Positions 55,279 through 56,325 of a stretch of 56,325 bases of DNA are shown here, piece after piece (position 1 is the first letter of the stretch; every line of letters begins with the position of its first letter). Source of the DNA: a virus (Duplodnaviria; Caudoviricetes). The position numbers and the translations under genes were made by a program. Below the pieces are notes generated by a model. The model was given only the letters and a program-made list of their open reading frames with translations, was not told where the DNA came from and did not search any database. The stretch covers positions 1 to 56,325 of IMG/VR virus record IMGVR_UViG_3300031524_001649. One strand, 5' to 3'.

Positions 55279-56325
55279 TTACACGTTGTCGCAGTCCGTG
55301 CCGCGGTAGACGGTGGGCTCCTTGGCCATGCACTTGCCGGTGAGCACGATGGTTGCCGCGTTATAGTTCATCTCGCGGGTCTCGGCCCGGAACATGGGGA
55401 ACACGCTCGTCTCCCGATTGACCGGGGCGCAGGGCGGGTCATACTCCACCAGCACGTCGATGCAGTACGGCTCGCACTGGTCGGGCGAGGAACTGACCCA
55501 CTCGACGGCGCTGTTGTGGCCCTTCAAGGCGTCCATCGGGCACACGGCCTCGCTGGTGCCGCTGGTGATGTGCTCGTACACGGCGTCGAGCTTCACGTCC
55601 ATCGGCACGTCCTTCGGCTCGCGCACCGTGTCCAACAGTCCGCGGTCCAAGAGGTAGGTGTAGTCCCGATGCTCGGTGTACGTCAGGTTCCCTTCGCCGA
55701 TCTTGACGTTGATCTGCTGCGGCTTGAACGTGATGGCTGCACTGGCGGCATAGGTGCCCGCGCCCAAGGCAGGCGAGATGGTGATGCTGGTGGTGCCCCC
55801 GCCACCGCTCGGCGCAGTGCCCGCCACTGTCTCCGCGATGGCGACGTAGGCGTCGGTGCCGATCAAGTTCGAGGTGTCCGCCGTCAGGAGGGCCTGCGGT
55901 GCGTTAGCCAACGTGCCTTGGAACACCACCGTCCAGGAGCCGAGCGTTCCCGTCACGGCGACGTTCGACATCGCGCCCACCAGCGGTGCCAACGCCGCCG
56001 CGACCGTCGGCGCGTCAGCGTCGTAGGCAATCTCCGTGGTCTGCGAACCATTCCACAACAGCTTGAGTGTGCCACCGGTGGCGTTGGTCACTGCCACCGT
56101 CTGCGTCTCGTTAGCTCCGCCGGTGCCCGTGCCTTGCACGCGGGCGGTGACCGTGTGGTCCACCGGAGTCGTCTCGCCCGCGATGCGGAGCCGAGCGCCC
56201 ACGGGAACGGTTCCCGAGTTGAGGCTGTTGAGCGCCACCGACGTAAGGGTGAGGCTAGTCGCCCCGGCAACCGGCGCGGTCACGGGACCAACGGCGGTCC
56301 CCTTCAGGCCATCCTGGAAACGGAT
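55279..56325 (-). CDS. Major tail (tube) protein, N-terminus beyond the window
   Basis: Frame open to the window end; Ig-like insert NETQTV..GGT..L; C-terminal tube-like domain; upstream of the chaperone. Confidence 0.65.
   Translation of the reverse strand: MRFQDGLKGTAVGPVTAPVAGATSLTLTSVALNSLNSGTVPVGARLRIAGETTPVDHTVTARVQGTGTGGANETQTVAVTNATGGTLKLLWNGSQTTEIAYDADAPTVAAALAPLVGAMSNVAVTGTLGSWTVVFQGTLANAPQALLTADTSNLIGTDAYVAIAETVAGTAPSGGGGTTSITISPALGAGTYAASAAITFKPQQINVKIGEGNLTYTEHRDYTYLLDRGLLDTVREPKDVPMDVKLDAVYEHITSGTSEAVCPMDALKGHNSAVEWVSSSPDQCEPYCIDVLVEYDPPCAPVNRETSVFPMFRAETREMNYNAATIVLTGKCMAKEPTVYRGTDCDNV

Overview
The window is a slice of a large, GC-rich tailed phage or prophage. The host is probably a Planctomycete; this is an inference from gene content. 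From 1 to 32.4 kb, minus-strand early/middle genes include an Xis-like HTH, a DEDDh exonuclease, five DNA methyltransferases, a PD-(D/E)XK nuclease, a deoxyribosyltransferase-like enzyme plus DeoC, a radical SAM protein, an ATP-dependent ligase, a sigma factor, PolA, two ParB-like proteins, two metallophosphoesterases, a trypsin-like protease and a SNF2 helicase. From 32.5 to 38.0 kb, a divergent plus-strand block encodes a primase-helicase, a DUF5664-like dNTP diphosphohydrolase, a second exonuclease and Cys-rich proteins. From 38.1 to 41.5 kb sits a host-like cargo cassette (BioB-like radical SAM, outer-membrane barrel, PadR). From 41.5 kb to the end is a minus-strand siphovirus-type tail module. 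The standout is at 3565-5226. A solitary Cas7/RAMP-like gene is followed directly by a non-CRISPR array: five conserved ~49-nt hairpin repeats alternate with five tracts of strictly phased GGY-NN pentamers (59 units, with variable NN). This looks like a phage RNA-guided system with a non-contiguous guide code. Other notable items are an HNH nuclease inserted in-frame in a methyltransferase between 8-bp direct repeats, a three-copy phage promoter motif, and a 21-bp perfect inverted repeat between the parB-like and primase genes. All protein calls come from motifs read by eye; no searches were run.
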